DNA of 64,000 nucleotides from Parcubacteria group bacterium (GTDB lineage Bacteria; Patescibacteriota; Minisyncoccia; Moranbacterales; UBA2206), in contig JBAZYF010000004.1 in assembly GCA_041659505.1 (NCBI GenBank), forward strand, positions 14,922-78,921. Reading direction: 5' to 3'. Shown here in pieces: positions 1 through 8,947 of the stretch. Every line of letters begins with the position of its first letter. The first letter of the stretch is position 1. The position numbers were made by a program, and so were the translations under genes. The notes below the pieces were generated by a model. That model was not told the DNA's origin. It searched no databases and was given only the letters and a program-made list of their open reading frames with translations.

Positions 1-165
1 AAATACTTTTATGTCCATATTTTTTATAAAAATATTTAGATCTGATATCAAACGTGAATCAAAATTTAAAATTTCATTTAATGTTTTAGCATCATCCGAA
101 GTGCAAAGCATTTAGATGTAGCGGAGCGGAATCGCATATTCCGTGTGCGATGTGTCTGACAATTT

Positions 166-699
166 TTATGTTTTAAAATCCACCATCTTTTTATATTCCT
201 CTGAACTCATAATCTTTCTCATATCTGTGATTTTTTCAGTAAATTCAATGCCATCCAAATGATCATACTCGTGCTGGATTACACGACCAAGCATGCCACC
301 CGCATCAAGTCTAAATTTGTTGCCATTTTCATCACTAGCCTCGATAATTATTTTTTCTGGACGGCGGATGGGAGCGAAAAGCTTAGCATAGGCAACGCTA
401 CCACAGCCCTCATAAATCACGACTTGCTTTTTAGATGACCAGACAATCTCAGGGTTGATATATATGCGAAGTTTGTCGGTGGGCAGATTTCGGTATTTAG
501 TTTTACGAACCTCGGTAACAAATATTCTAAGCTTTTCCCCTATTTGCGAAGCTGCTATACCAATTAAGTCATGATAACGCATCGAATCAACTAAGTTCGT
601 TATTACTCATTGCGTTTCTTTCGCATCAACCTTGGCAACAAATTTAGATGGACGGGTTAAAATCGGATTACCTATTTGTATTATTTCTTTTATAATCAT
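166..699 (-). CDS. def: peptide deformylase; reading frame contains an in-frame TGA at 607..609 (N-terminal 30 codons 610..699 + C-terminal 138 aa ORF 166..582)
   Basis: C-part has GIAASQIG (GΦGΦAAxQ), EGCGS and HEYDHLDG (HExxH) motifs. Hand translation upstream in the same frame gives MIIKEIIQIGNPILTRPSKFVAKVDAKETQ-TGA-VITNLVDSM..., a typical Def N-terminus, so the gene is one frame broken by a single TGA. Confidence 0.8.
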
Positions 700-717
700 G
701 GCTTTGAATTTAAATTT

Positions 718-1437
718 TCAAATTATCTTAGTGTCATTTATCACATCATAAACCAAATGAATAAATGAATTTTTCAAAACATTACATTCCTTCAGTTTCA
801 ACGCTTTTATATGTTTTAATTCTTTTTGAGTATGCAACGATTCTCCGTCAATTAGACTTGCTGTTTCTTTTCCTCCGATAAGACAGGGAGCGATAACAAT
901 AGACACCCGATCGATCAGATTGTTTCTCAAAAGCACCGCATTGAGCGTCCCGCCTGATTGAATAGTTAGCTTTTTTATTCCGTACTTACTTTTTAATTTT
1001 CTGAATAAATCAGGGAAATCGATCTTTTTTGGACACTGAAGCACCCTCAACCCATCCAGTTTCATTTTAATTGCTGGATGTGACTTTTCTGCTGTTACTA
1101 CCGTCAAAGAGTTAAATTTTTTTAAAAGATATTTTATGCCACGCATTTGCAAATTATGATTATCCACGATAATGCAGTTGGCGCAAAGCTTTTTTGGTTT
1201 ATCCTTTCTATTATTCACATCGAGCGACGGGCATTTTTTTGTCATTACTTTTCCTGTGATTAGAAAATGCAAATCCGTCTTTTTCTCTAAATCATAGTAT
1301 TGCTGTCTCCCCTCCTTTACGCCCTTGATTTTTTGGTAATCCGTGTCAGTATCCATGGCGTCAGTATCCCCTGTGGAAATTTTTCCATCAAGGGACGAAA
1401 GCATGAATAGCGTTGTGATTGGTCGAGTTTTGTCCAT
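718..1437 (-). CDS. RibD C-terminal domain / dihydrofolate-reductase-like reductase
   Basis: TLFMLSSLDGKIS and LTIQSGGTLNAVLLRNNLIDRVSIVIAPCLIGG match the RibD_C reductase fold signature. Confidence 0.65.
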   Translation of the reverse strand: MDKTRPITTLFMLSSLDGKISTGDTDAMDTDTDYQKIKGVKEGRQQYYDLEKKTDLHFLITGKVMTKKCPSLDVNNRKDKPKKLCANCIIVDNHNLQMRGIKYLLKKFNSLTVVTAEKSHPAIKMKLDGLRVLQCPKKIDFPDLFRKLKSKYGIKKLTIQSGGTLNAVLLRNNLIDRVSIVIAPCLIGGKETASLIDGESLHTQKELKHIKALKLKECNVLKNSFIHLVYDVINDTKII

Positions 1438-1496
1438 GTTATTACGTAATCTATTACTTACCTCTCAATTTTACTCGGCTTTTCACTTTTTGGCAA

Positions 1497-1529
1497 AACA
1501 AAAAAATCCCAAATAATTGGGATTTTTTA
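1497..1529 (-). terminator. rho-independent terminator (bidirectional hairpin AAAAAATCCCAA-TTAT-TTGGGATTTTTT) downstream of tRNA-Glu
   Basis: Perfect 8-bp stem flanked by an A-run and a T-run, seen directly in the sequence. Confidence 0.6.
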
Positions 1530-1612
1530 CTTGGTAGCCCCAAGGAGAGTCCCTGCCTACCGGCAGGCAGGGAACTCCTCTTTCCAGGATAACCTGCCCG
1601 CTGAAATGATTG

Positions 1613-1687
1613 TACCGCGTATGGGATTCGAACCCATGATTTCCAGGATGAGAACCTGGCGTCCTGACCGGGCTAGACGAACGCGGC
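1613..1687 (-). tRNA. tRNA-Glu (anticodon CUC)
   Basis: Reverse complement reads GCCGCGT-TC-GTCTAGCCCGGTCAGGAC-G-CCAGG-TTCTCAT-CCTGG-...-ATGGGTTCGAATCCCAT-ACGCGGT-A. Typical tRNA-Glu D-arm (GTCTAG..CAGGAC), GGTTCGAATCC T-loop and anticodon loop TTCTCAT. CCA is not encoded. Confidence 0.85.
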
Positions 1688-1823
1688 ATATAAATTGGCC
1701 CTGCCCGCAATGCTACGCATAGCGTTGCAGGCGGGCAAAATACCTAAAATTCAGTTTATCAGCAATCGAAAGATTTATCAAGTAGAGACGTAGCATTGCT
1801 ACGTCTGTGTCCCTACCGAATAA

Positions 1824-3479
1824 TCATTCCCTGACCGACATTACATAAAAAATATACTTGTTTTTATTGAAAGTATACTTGTCTGTTATTAGATTCGGGC
1901 ATTTCGCTCGATATTGGTCGCGGATCCATTGGTCGGATTCTTGAAAAACAAGTTGCACGTCCTCACAGTTAATCTGATTCAGTCCGTCGAACGGACGATA
2001 AAATATATATTCTTTTATTTTCGGATAAGCGATATATTCTGTCGTTTTGAGACTCGTGTCTTTACCGCCCGCTTTGATCGAAGTATTATAGGCCGTAATG
2101 ACATAATTATTTTTATGCACATCCAGATCTTTGATCAAAAGTCCCATCAGATAGAGTTTCCGTTCAAAACCGCCAGCCGTGCGCAGATCATTCGCCCAAG
2201 GTCCGAAATAGACGTAAACCTGGAGAAAGCCACTAACAATAATCACCGCGACAAGCCCAAGCATAAATGTTAATGTCATATTGGTACTTTTCCCTCGTAA
2301 AGTCACGTCGCTTGAATCGCGCATCTTGCGATAAATCTTCAGAATATATTCCATCGGAAAAACACAAAACAGAAACACGCCCGGAATCATCCCGATGATC
2401 CGCAAAGAATGAGGAATGCCTTCAATGCTAAGGACTCCCGGAATAAGCATCACCCAAAAGATAGCCTGCGCTAGGATGGCGGGATAAAATAAGCCAGAAG
2501 GACTAAATTCCGTACCTTTTTCGGTGTTTTTTCTAAGTTTTATTTTCCGGATCGTATTTTCAATGATTTCTTTCACGCTGATAATAAAACCCAGCACGAA
2601 AAAGGCCACCCAACCGGCGGGAATGAGCGGTTGGCCGTTATAGTTGTGGCGTGGATTATTGTCTCCGTGTACAAAAAAAGCTTGCAGATGACTCCAGAGA
2701 CTTTTGAAAAACGCTTGCGTAGCAGTCAATTTTCCTGGATGAAAAACAGAAACGGTCTGGCTTCGGAATAAAAATTCGGCCCAATGCGTATAGAAATAGA
2801 AAAAAATAGGCAGGGCGCAAGCGATACTGATAGAAATAAACAATAAGATTACTTTCCAATTTTTCTTGAGCCAACCCTTTTCAAATAAAATATAGAATAA
2901 GCCAAAGATGATAAAAATGAGTGGCGCCACGCGAAAAGCGATGTAGGAATAGAAACCCAAACCAAGGAAAATCCCCGACGAAATAAACAGCCAATAGCTC
3001 TTTCTATTTAGCCCGCGCAAGAGAAAAAAGAGCGCCCAAACCAAGCAGAATGGAACCATGATCGCGCGAAAGGCAGTACGAGAAAAATCCAAATGCCAGA
3101 AAGAAAAAGATAGCATAAAAATTCCCAACAGCACAGAAAGGCGGGACAGTTTGAGTTCGCGCAAAAGAAAATAAAAACCAATTAGTGTCAGCGAACCCCA
3201 CATCGCATTGGCCAGGCGCAGCGAAAGACTGCTCACACCGAACAATTTAATAAACATGGCAGTAACATTGATGTGCAATCCTTCCCGACCAGTATTTTCC
3301 GGATAAAATATTTTGTAATCCCCGGTTTCAATCGCACGGATCGCATCGATTCCATTATACGCCTCATCATATTGAATGCCCGGCGGAAGCACATCCAACT
3401 TCCAAAAACGCAAAAAAATTCCCGCAGTGAGAATTAGGATGACTAAAAAATAAAATATTTTCGTGTCTTTTTTTTGCAT
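1824..3479 (-). CDS. ArnT/PMT-like (GT39/GT83 family) membrane glycosyltransferase
   Basis: N-terminal LRFWKLDVLPPGIQYDEAYNG motif typical of undecaprenyl/dolichyl-phosphate sugar-dependent glycosyltransferases. Polytopic membrane protein. Confidence 0.6.
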   Translation of the reverse strand: MQKKDTKIFYFLVILILTAGIFLRFWKLDVLPPGIQYDEAYNGIDAIRAIETGDYKIFYPENTGREGLHINVTAMFIKLFGVSSLSLRLANAMWGSLTLIGFYFLLRELKLSRLSVLLGIFMLSFSFWHLDFSRTAFRAIMVPFCLVWALFFLLRGLNRKSYWLFISSGIFLGLGFYSYIAFRVAPLIFIIFGLFYILFEKGWLKKNWKVILLFISISIACALPIFFYFYTHWAEFLFRSQTVSVFHPGKLTATQAFFKSLWSHLQAFFVHGDNNPRHNYNGQPLIPAGWVAFFVLGFIISVKEIIENTIRKIKLRKNTEKGTEFSPSGLFYPAILAQAIFWVMLIPGVLSIEGIPHSLRIIGMIPGVFLFCVFPMEYILKIYRKMRDSSDVTLRGKSTNMTLTFMLGLVAVIIVSGFLQVYVYFGPWANDLRTAGGFERKLYLMGLLIKDLDVHKNNYVITAYNTSIKAGGKDTSLKTTEYIAYPKIKEYIFYRPFDGLNQINCEDVQLVFQESDQWIRDQYRAKCPNLITDKYTFNKNKYIFYVMSVRE

Positions 3480-3533
3480 AATATAAAAAAATCATCATCT
3501 TGAGGGGAATACTGATTTTTTATTAACACAAGG

Positions 3534-3674
3534 CTTGCGTATTTGCCTAAAAAAAGTTCGCACGTTCATCCTTCTTAGCATCCAAAGTGTCCGGTAGACC
3601 AGCAAGGGATAGCCAATGCTAGGAAACCGTGCTCTCGAGAACTTTTTTCAGGTAAATATGCAAGTCAGAAAAAT
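3534..3674. repeat. MITE-like element, copy 1 of 2 (TIR CTTGCGTATTTGCC...GGTAAATATGCAAG; conserved core GTTCGCACG...TCGAGAA)
   Basis: About 85% nt identity to 21199..21330 across a 95-nt core. Both copies are bounded by about 20-bp inverted repeats. Confidence 0.7.
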
Positions 3675-3681
3675 ATTGAAG

Positions 3682-6033
3682 CTATTGAATTATCTTTCCT
3701 CCTTTACCCACTTGATCAATCTTAACCGAAAGCAATTTCGACATTCCGTCTTCCCCCATCGTCACGCCATACAGGAGCGACGCTTGACGCATTGTTTCGC
3801 GGTTGTGTGTGATGATTATAAATTGTGTCGAGTCAGAAAGATCTTGGATGATCCGGCCGAAACGCTTGGAATTCGCCTCGTCCAATGCCGCTTCCACTTC
3901 ATCCAGGATAGAAAATGGTGGTGGATTGTGGGCAATAATCGCAAATAGTAAGGCCAAAGATGTCAGTGAGCGCTCTCCGCCAGAAAGCATCGCAAGACTG
4001 GCGATTTTTTTGCCGGCCGGACAAGCGGTGATATCAATACCGATTTCATCTTTGTTGTCAGCATCTTCCTCGATTGCATCTGGCGCCCCTTCCACTTCAC
4101 CTTCCTGCTGGGCAACTTCTTCTTCCGAAAGATCTTCTTTTGTCCGCCGCGCTTTAATTTTAACTTTCGTCAGATGCGCGTCCCCTCCGCCAAAAATGAT
4201 GCGGAAATATTTGGAAAATTCCCGGTTGATTTCATCAAAGGTTTCGTGAAATTTCTCATTCACTTTTTTCTCCATTTCTTTGATTACTTCGCGCAGCGAC
4301 ACCAATGCATTTTCCAAATCGGCTGATTCGGTCGTCAAAAATTGGAAGCGTTTTTCCGTCTCATCATATTCTGTCACCACCAATGGATCGATGCCACCGA
4401 TCTGTTCCATCTGAAATTTCAACTTGGCAATTTCTCGTTCCAAAGAAAATTGGTCGACAATTTCCAGCTTCTTTTCCAGCAGTTCCGCTTCCACTTTCAA
4501 TTCTTCCAAGATACGCGCCCGTAGATCTTCCTCACGCACCTCGATCTTAGCCAATGAAATCTTAAAATCATTAAACTTATCCTTGAAAGAATTAGCCTCA
4601 TCTTGTTTCAAGCGCAACTCTCGCTCAAGCTGAAAAAATTGCTGACGTTTTTGACGATCCAAGGTAATTTCCGCTTGAATTTCCCCTACAATTTTTCGCA
4701 ATTCTTCTTCGAGCGTTTTAATTTCCGCGCGTACTCGCACTGATTTGGCCTTAAGGTCAATGATGGCTTGCGAATCAACGGAAACAACAACTTCCACCGG
4801 TTTTGTTTCCACTTTTTTCACTGGAGCAGGCGTTTCCTTTTTGCCTTTTTCAATATCCCCGCGTAACTCAGTCAGTTTCTGTTGGATCTTCTTCGCCAAT
4901 TCCCGCACTACTTCAATATCTTTCAAATCTTTGGCCACGTTTAACTTTTGCACCAAAATTTCTTGATCCCGCCTGATCTCTTCCAAATTGCCTTTGACAT
5001 AGCTCAGATCGACCGGCTGGCTCTGAATCTTGATTTCTTCGATAATTTGGATGCTTTTTTGCTTTTCCTTTTCCAACTCGATCCGTCCCTCAGAAATGAT
5101 CAACTCGCGCTCCAACTCGTTCAGGCGACTTCTTTTTTCCCGTTGGATTTTTTCCAATTCCTGCAAAGTTTCATTAGTCTTTTCCTCCTTGGAACGCCGA
5201 TTAACTTCATCCATTAGCTTATCCGCTTCGCGCTGAATATTCATCATTCTCGCCCCAAATGTGTCTTTTTCTTCATTGAGCCTGACCTTGTCATCATTAA
5301 ATTTGTTCCAAAGATAAGTATAGAGCTTGGTCTGCTTTTCTTTCAGATCTTTGGAAACTATCTCGCTTTGCGCCGCTTTTTCTGCTTGGCGTTTGAGAAC
5401 CTTGAGGTGCGGCTTGATTTCTTCAATCAGTTCGCCTACGCGTACCAAATTCGCCTTGGTTGTTTCCAGTTTCCGCAGTGACCGTTCTTTTTTGATCTGA
5501 TACTGCTTCACTCCCGCCGCTTCCTCAATCACAAACCGGCGATCAAGCGGGGTGGCATTCAAGACTGAGTCCGCCATACCTTGATTGATAATGGCATGGC
5601 TTTCTTTCCCCACGCCGGCCTTGGCTAAAATATCCACGATATCTTGCAGTCTAACTCGAGAATTGTTGACCAAATATTCACTCTCACCACTGCGAAAAAT
5701 TTTGCGACAAATCGCTACCTCATCAAATTCGAGTGGCAAACGTTTTTCGCTGTTGTCAAAATAGAGCGTGACTTGCGCACTGCCCAATTTAGCTTTTTTT
5801 CCCGATCCGGCAAAAATGATGTCTTCCGATTTTTTACTGCGCAGATTTTTCATCGATTGCTCCCCAATCACCCAACGCATCGCGTCAGCAATATTGGATT
5901 TCCCCGAACCGTTCGGTCCGACAATCGCGGTTATCCCTTGCGCTCCGCCGTCGCTTGCAGACGCCGAAAAATCCAACACCGTTTTTGATGCGAAAGATTT
6001 GAATCCATTGATTTCCAGTTTTTTGAGAAACAT
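3682..6033 (-). CDS. smc: SMC-family chromosome segregation ATPase (short form, 783 aa)
   Basis: N-terminal Walker A GPNGSGKSN and a C-terminal LSGGERSLTSLALLFA signature followed by ILDEVEAALD (Walker B). Long coiled-coil middle. Confidence 0.75.
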   Translation of the reverse strand: MFLKKLEINGFKSFASKTVLDFSASASDGGAQGITAIVGPNGSGKSNIADAMRWVIGEQSMKNLRSKKSEDIIFAGSGKKAKLGSAQVTLYFDNSEKRLPLEFDEVAICRKIFRSGESEYLVNNSRVRLQDIVDILAKAGVGKESHAIINQGMADSVLNATPLDRRFVIEEAAGVKQYQIKKERSLRKLETTKANLVRVGELIEEIKPHLKVLKRQAEKAAQSEIVSKDLKEKQTKLYTYLWNKFNDDKVRLNEEKDTFGARMMNIQREADKLMDEVNRRSKEEKTNETLQELEKIQREKRSRLNELERELIISEGRIELEKEKQKSIQIIEEIKIQSQPVDLSYVKGNLEEIRRDQEILVQKLNVAKDLKDIEVVRELAKKIQQKLTELRGDIEKGKKETPAPVKKVETKPVEVVVSVDSQAIIDLKAKSVRVRAEIKTLEEELRKIVGEIQAEITLDRQKRQQFFQLERELRLKQDEANSFKDKFNDFKISLAKIEVREEDLRARILEELKVEAELLEKKLEIVDQFSLEREIAKLKFQMEQIGGIDPLVVTEYDETEKRFQFLTTESADLENALVSLREVIKEMEKKVNEKFHETFDEINREFSKYFRIIFGGGDAHLTKVKIKARRTKEDLSEEEVAQQEGEVEGAPDAIEEDADNKDEIGIDITACPAGKKIASLAMLSGGERSLTSLALLFAIIAHNPPPFSILDEVEAALDEANSKRFGRIIQDLSDSTQFIIITHNRETMRQASLLYGVTMGEDGMSKLLSVKIDQVGKGGKIIQ

Positions 6034-6157
6034 TAAACCAATCCTGTCTAAAGAATTATTTTCTAACTAATTCCACCCATCTTACTACATTATTATAGTA
6101 CTACACTTTTAGAGAAAAATAAACCCCCAACAGCGTTGACAAAATACTTCCTTGGAT

Positions 6158-7405
6158 TTATTTCAAATCCAAGAGCCATTTCCAAGCAGGAATTATTTCG
6201 ATTTTTTTCTTTCCGCTTTTTCTTTCCCCTTCCAGGCTCTCAGTGATAATTATGCCTTTTGTGAGTTTGAATTTTTCCATTGCCTCCAAGAGACCGGACA
6301 CCTCCCTGTCCGCAGTTTTTGGCTCCGCCAAGCTCAGCGTCACCTGAATCGCTTCACTAATTTTCAGGCCTTTTTTGACAATAAAATCACATTCTTTTTT
6401 GCCCTTATAATAATAGACCTCCATCCCTCGTCTTTTTAGCTCTAAAAAAATCAGATTTTCCAACATCTTTCCGGAATCGCCGGAAAAGGAAAATGCCACG
6501 GAATTTCGCAGACCATTATCAATAGCATACATTTTCTTGTTTGAAACATACTGCTTTTTCAAAGAAAAATCATACTTGAAAAGCTCGAAGGCTAAATAGC
6601 TTTCCGCAATAAATTCGATGTAATTTTTCACCGTTGTGGCGCTCTTTATCCCCAAAAAATTCTTAAGCGAATTATAGCTAATCTCGCTCGTGATATTGGT
6701 GAACAAATAATTGACCAGCGATTTGAAATTTTTGGTTTCCCGGATCTTAAAGCGTGCCAGAAGATCGCGATAAACAATATCCTCAAATATCTGCTTGGTT
6801 ATTTCACCATCTTTAGTTTTGACAAACTCGGGAAATCCACCACCGAACAGATATTGCTCAAAATATTTCAGCACTTCCACTTCTTTTTTCGTTCCTTCCT
6901 GTTCAATCGAAACAGAATGGAAATGCAGGAATTCCTTGAAGGAAAAAGGGTACAGTTCTATTTTCAAATACCGCCCGGTGAGGTGCGTCGCCAATTCGCC
7001 ACTAAGCAATTTCGCATTTGATCCGGTTAGAAAAATTTTATAACCTTCTTCGAAAATTCTCCGCACAAAGCGTTCCCATTTCGGCACATTTTGGATCTCA
7101 TCGAGCAAGATCACTTTTGTGTTTGATCTCTTTTGAAAAGCAACCATCAGATTTTGAAAATCCGCCACGGTAAAATCTACTAATCTTTCATCATCGAAAT
7201 TAAGATAGTGGAAGGCCGGATAATGCAAGGAAAATTGCTTGAGTAAAGTTGACTTACCAGCGCGCCGAATTCCCGAGATCACGGTTATTTGTTTTGTTTT
7301 CAGATATTTTTCAAAATCAACATCACGCAATGTTCCCGGTTTTTTTTCACGAAACGTTTCTGCTTGATCGCTGATTACCCGTCCCAAAAAGCCTAAATCT
7401 AGCAT
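6158..7405 (-). CDS. AAA+ ATPase with DUF4143 domain (COG1373 family)
   Basis: GIRRAGKSTLL Walker A and a C-terminal DUF4143-like region. Confidence 0.7.
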   Translation of the reverse strand: MLDLGFLGRVISDQAETFREKKPGTLRDVDFEKYLKTKQITVISGIRRAGKSTLLKQFSLHYPAFHYLNFDDERLVDFTVADFQNLMVAFQKRSNTKVILLDEIQNVPKWERFVRRIFEEGYKIFLTGSNAKLLSGELATHLTGRYLKIELYPFSFKEFLHFHSVSIEQEGTKKEVEVLKYFEQYLFGGGFPEFVKTKDGEITKQIFEDIVYRDLLARFKIRETKNFKSLVNYLFTNITSEISYNSLKNFLGIKSATTVKNYIEFIAESYLAFELFKYDFSLKKQYVSNKKMYAIDNGLRNSVAFSFSGDSGKMLENLIFLELKRRGMEVYYYKGKKECDFIVKKGLKISEAIQVTLSLAEPKTADREVSGLLEAMEKFKLTKGIIITESLEGERKSGKKKIEIIPAWKWLLDLK

Positions 7406-7514
7406 AATATTATTAACTTTAGTAATGTTGATAATTTAAGCATATCAACATTAGTATTATACATAAATTATGTGAACCCGTCAAGCCAATTTCGCTCACC
7501 CTCCTATTTTCAAT

Positions 7515-8933
7515 CTATTCCACACTCAATCCGCTCGGCGCAGTTGGCGAAACAGTATCAGCCTCTCCTTGCAATGGATGCGGATAAGTATATGGAGCGT
7601 ATCCCAAATATGCATTATCTCCTGTCGCAGTAAAAACCATATTGCCTGCGTTAGGGTAAACACTGCCGTCAGTCGGATAGCTGGCTGATGCGCCATTCGC
7701 TCCGGTGAAAGTTTCTTTGCCATGTGTGCAGACATTGCCATATCCATCGGTGGTGTCACCTGCTGCGCATGGGGCGTGGAGGAAAAAATCGCGATCTTGC
7801 AAGAGTCCGGCACTAACATGAGGCGAAGCTTCAACATAGCCATACTCTCCATCATTAAAATCAGCTCCCCGATAAGTATTGTTCCACATAAAAGAATTAT
7901 GCACCTGGTCTTCGGCCGGCCAAGCTGTTCGCAGGATTGACCAATTATCGCTGTAATATTCCTCCTCTTGAAAATAGATCCTTGGATTATATTGAACCGT
8001 TCCCGTGATGGAATTATTAAAAATCAGATTGGCAGAGCCCCGAGTCAAAAACATAAAATCAATTCGCTTGCCATGCTCGACGTTATTATAGAACTCGATA
8101 ACTGATTGACCCCTTCTCTGACAAGAACCGGCTTCCCAATAGCCTGCTCCGCCACAGCCACCATCAGCACTGCCATGAGCCATAAAAGGTGTATAAGTGC
8201 CTACTTCATCCGGTATATCATCAGCATCAAACTCATTATGCCGAACAACCAGTTTTCCGCCATTGAAAGTCGCTATTTGCTCTTGCGTGTAGCCAAGAGT
8301 GTAACTGGCATTGGTAACAAAATGATTATCCTCAACATACAGAGCGTCGGATGTTCCAGCTGCTAGCGAGCTCCAAGATGCATCAGCATTGGTTCGACTG
8401 CCCGAACTAAACTCGACGCCAATTACCGGATTATAAAAATAGTTATGATCAATCAGTCCTTTTAGATGATCAAACAATATTGGCTTGCTGCCAAAGTGAA
8501 AAATATTATTATCAATTCTAATTTCACCACCAGAAATACCACCTTGCATTTCATGCACAAAAATAGCAGCTTCTGGAGTCGCGTTTACCATTTGAAAGGT
8601 AAAATCAGTGATGCGCACCAGACTGCTCGCAGTGAAACCGGTAATGTTGAAAAATCCGTTCGGCATTGTTCCGCCGGCGGTGAGCGTTGTTTCATTACCC
8701 AAAATAGTCACCGCCTTCCCTACTGTAAGCGCTGATGACCAAGTGCACGCTCCGCTGACTGGAAAAGCAATTGTGTCTCCAGTTGATGCGGCATTGTAAG
8801 CCGTTGTGACATCCGCCAAGGAGCAACTGCCGGCAGTATGCGTGTCTGCAAGAGAATTCCTTGCCACCCCAAACACCCCACAAAAAATGATTGCGAGAAA
8901 GAATATTTTTAGTTTTAGATTTTTGATTGACAT
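7515..8933 (-). CDS. secreted right-handed beta-helix (pectin-lyase-fold) protein, paralog A1
   Basis: Signal peptide MSIKNLKLKIFFLAIIFCGVFGVA. Repeated N-x-I/V-x-x-N beta-helix rungs. C-terminal YTPYTYPHPLQGEADTVSPTAPSGLSVE-stop. About 70% identical to the 17058..18566 paralog. Confidence 0.75.
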   Translation of the reverse strand: MSIKNLKLKIFFLAIIFCGVFGVARNSLADTHTAGSCSLADVTTAYNAASTGDTIAFPVSGACTWSSALTVGKAVTILGNETTLTAGGTMPNGFFNITGFTASSLVRITDFTFQMVNATPEAAIFVHEMQGGISGGEIRIDNNIFHFGSKPILFDHLKGLIDHNYFYNPVIGVEFSSGSRTNADASWSSLAAGTSDALYVEDNHFVTNASYTLGYTQEQIATFNGGKLVVRHNEFDADDIPDEVGTYTPFMAHGSADGGCGGAGYWEAGSCQRRGQSVIEFYNNVEHGKRIDFMFLTRGSANLIFNNSITGTVQYNPRIYFQEEEYYSDNWSILRTAWPAEDQVHNSFMWNNTYRGADFNDGEYGYVEASPHVSAGLLQDRDFFLHAPCAAGDTTDGYGNVCTHGKETFTGANGASASYPTDGSVYPNAGNMVFTATGDNAYLGYAPYTYPHPLQGEADTVSPTAPSGLSVE

Positions 8934-8947
8934 TTTTTAGTTAAAAA

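Noticed and set aside
1483-1722. ORFs 1483..1710 (-) and 1531..1722 (+) of 75 and 63 aa.
   Set aside because: They overlap tRNA-Glu and its flanking hairpins and terminator. The sequence is explained by RNA structure and not by coding.
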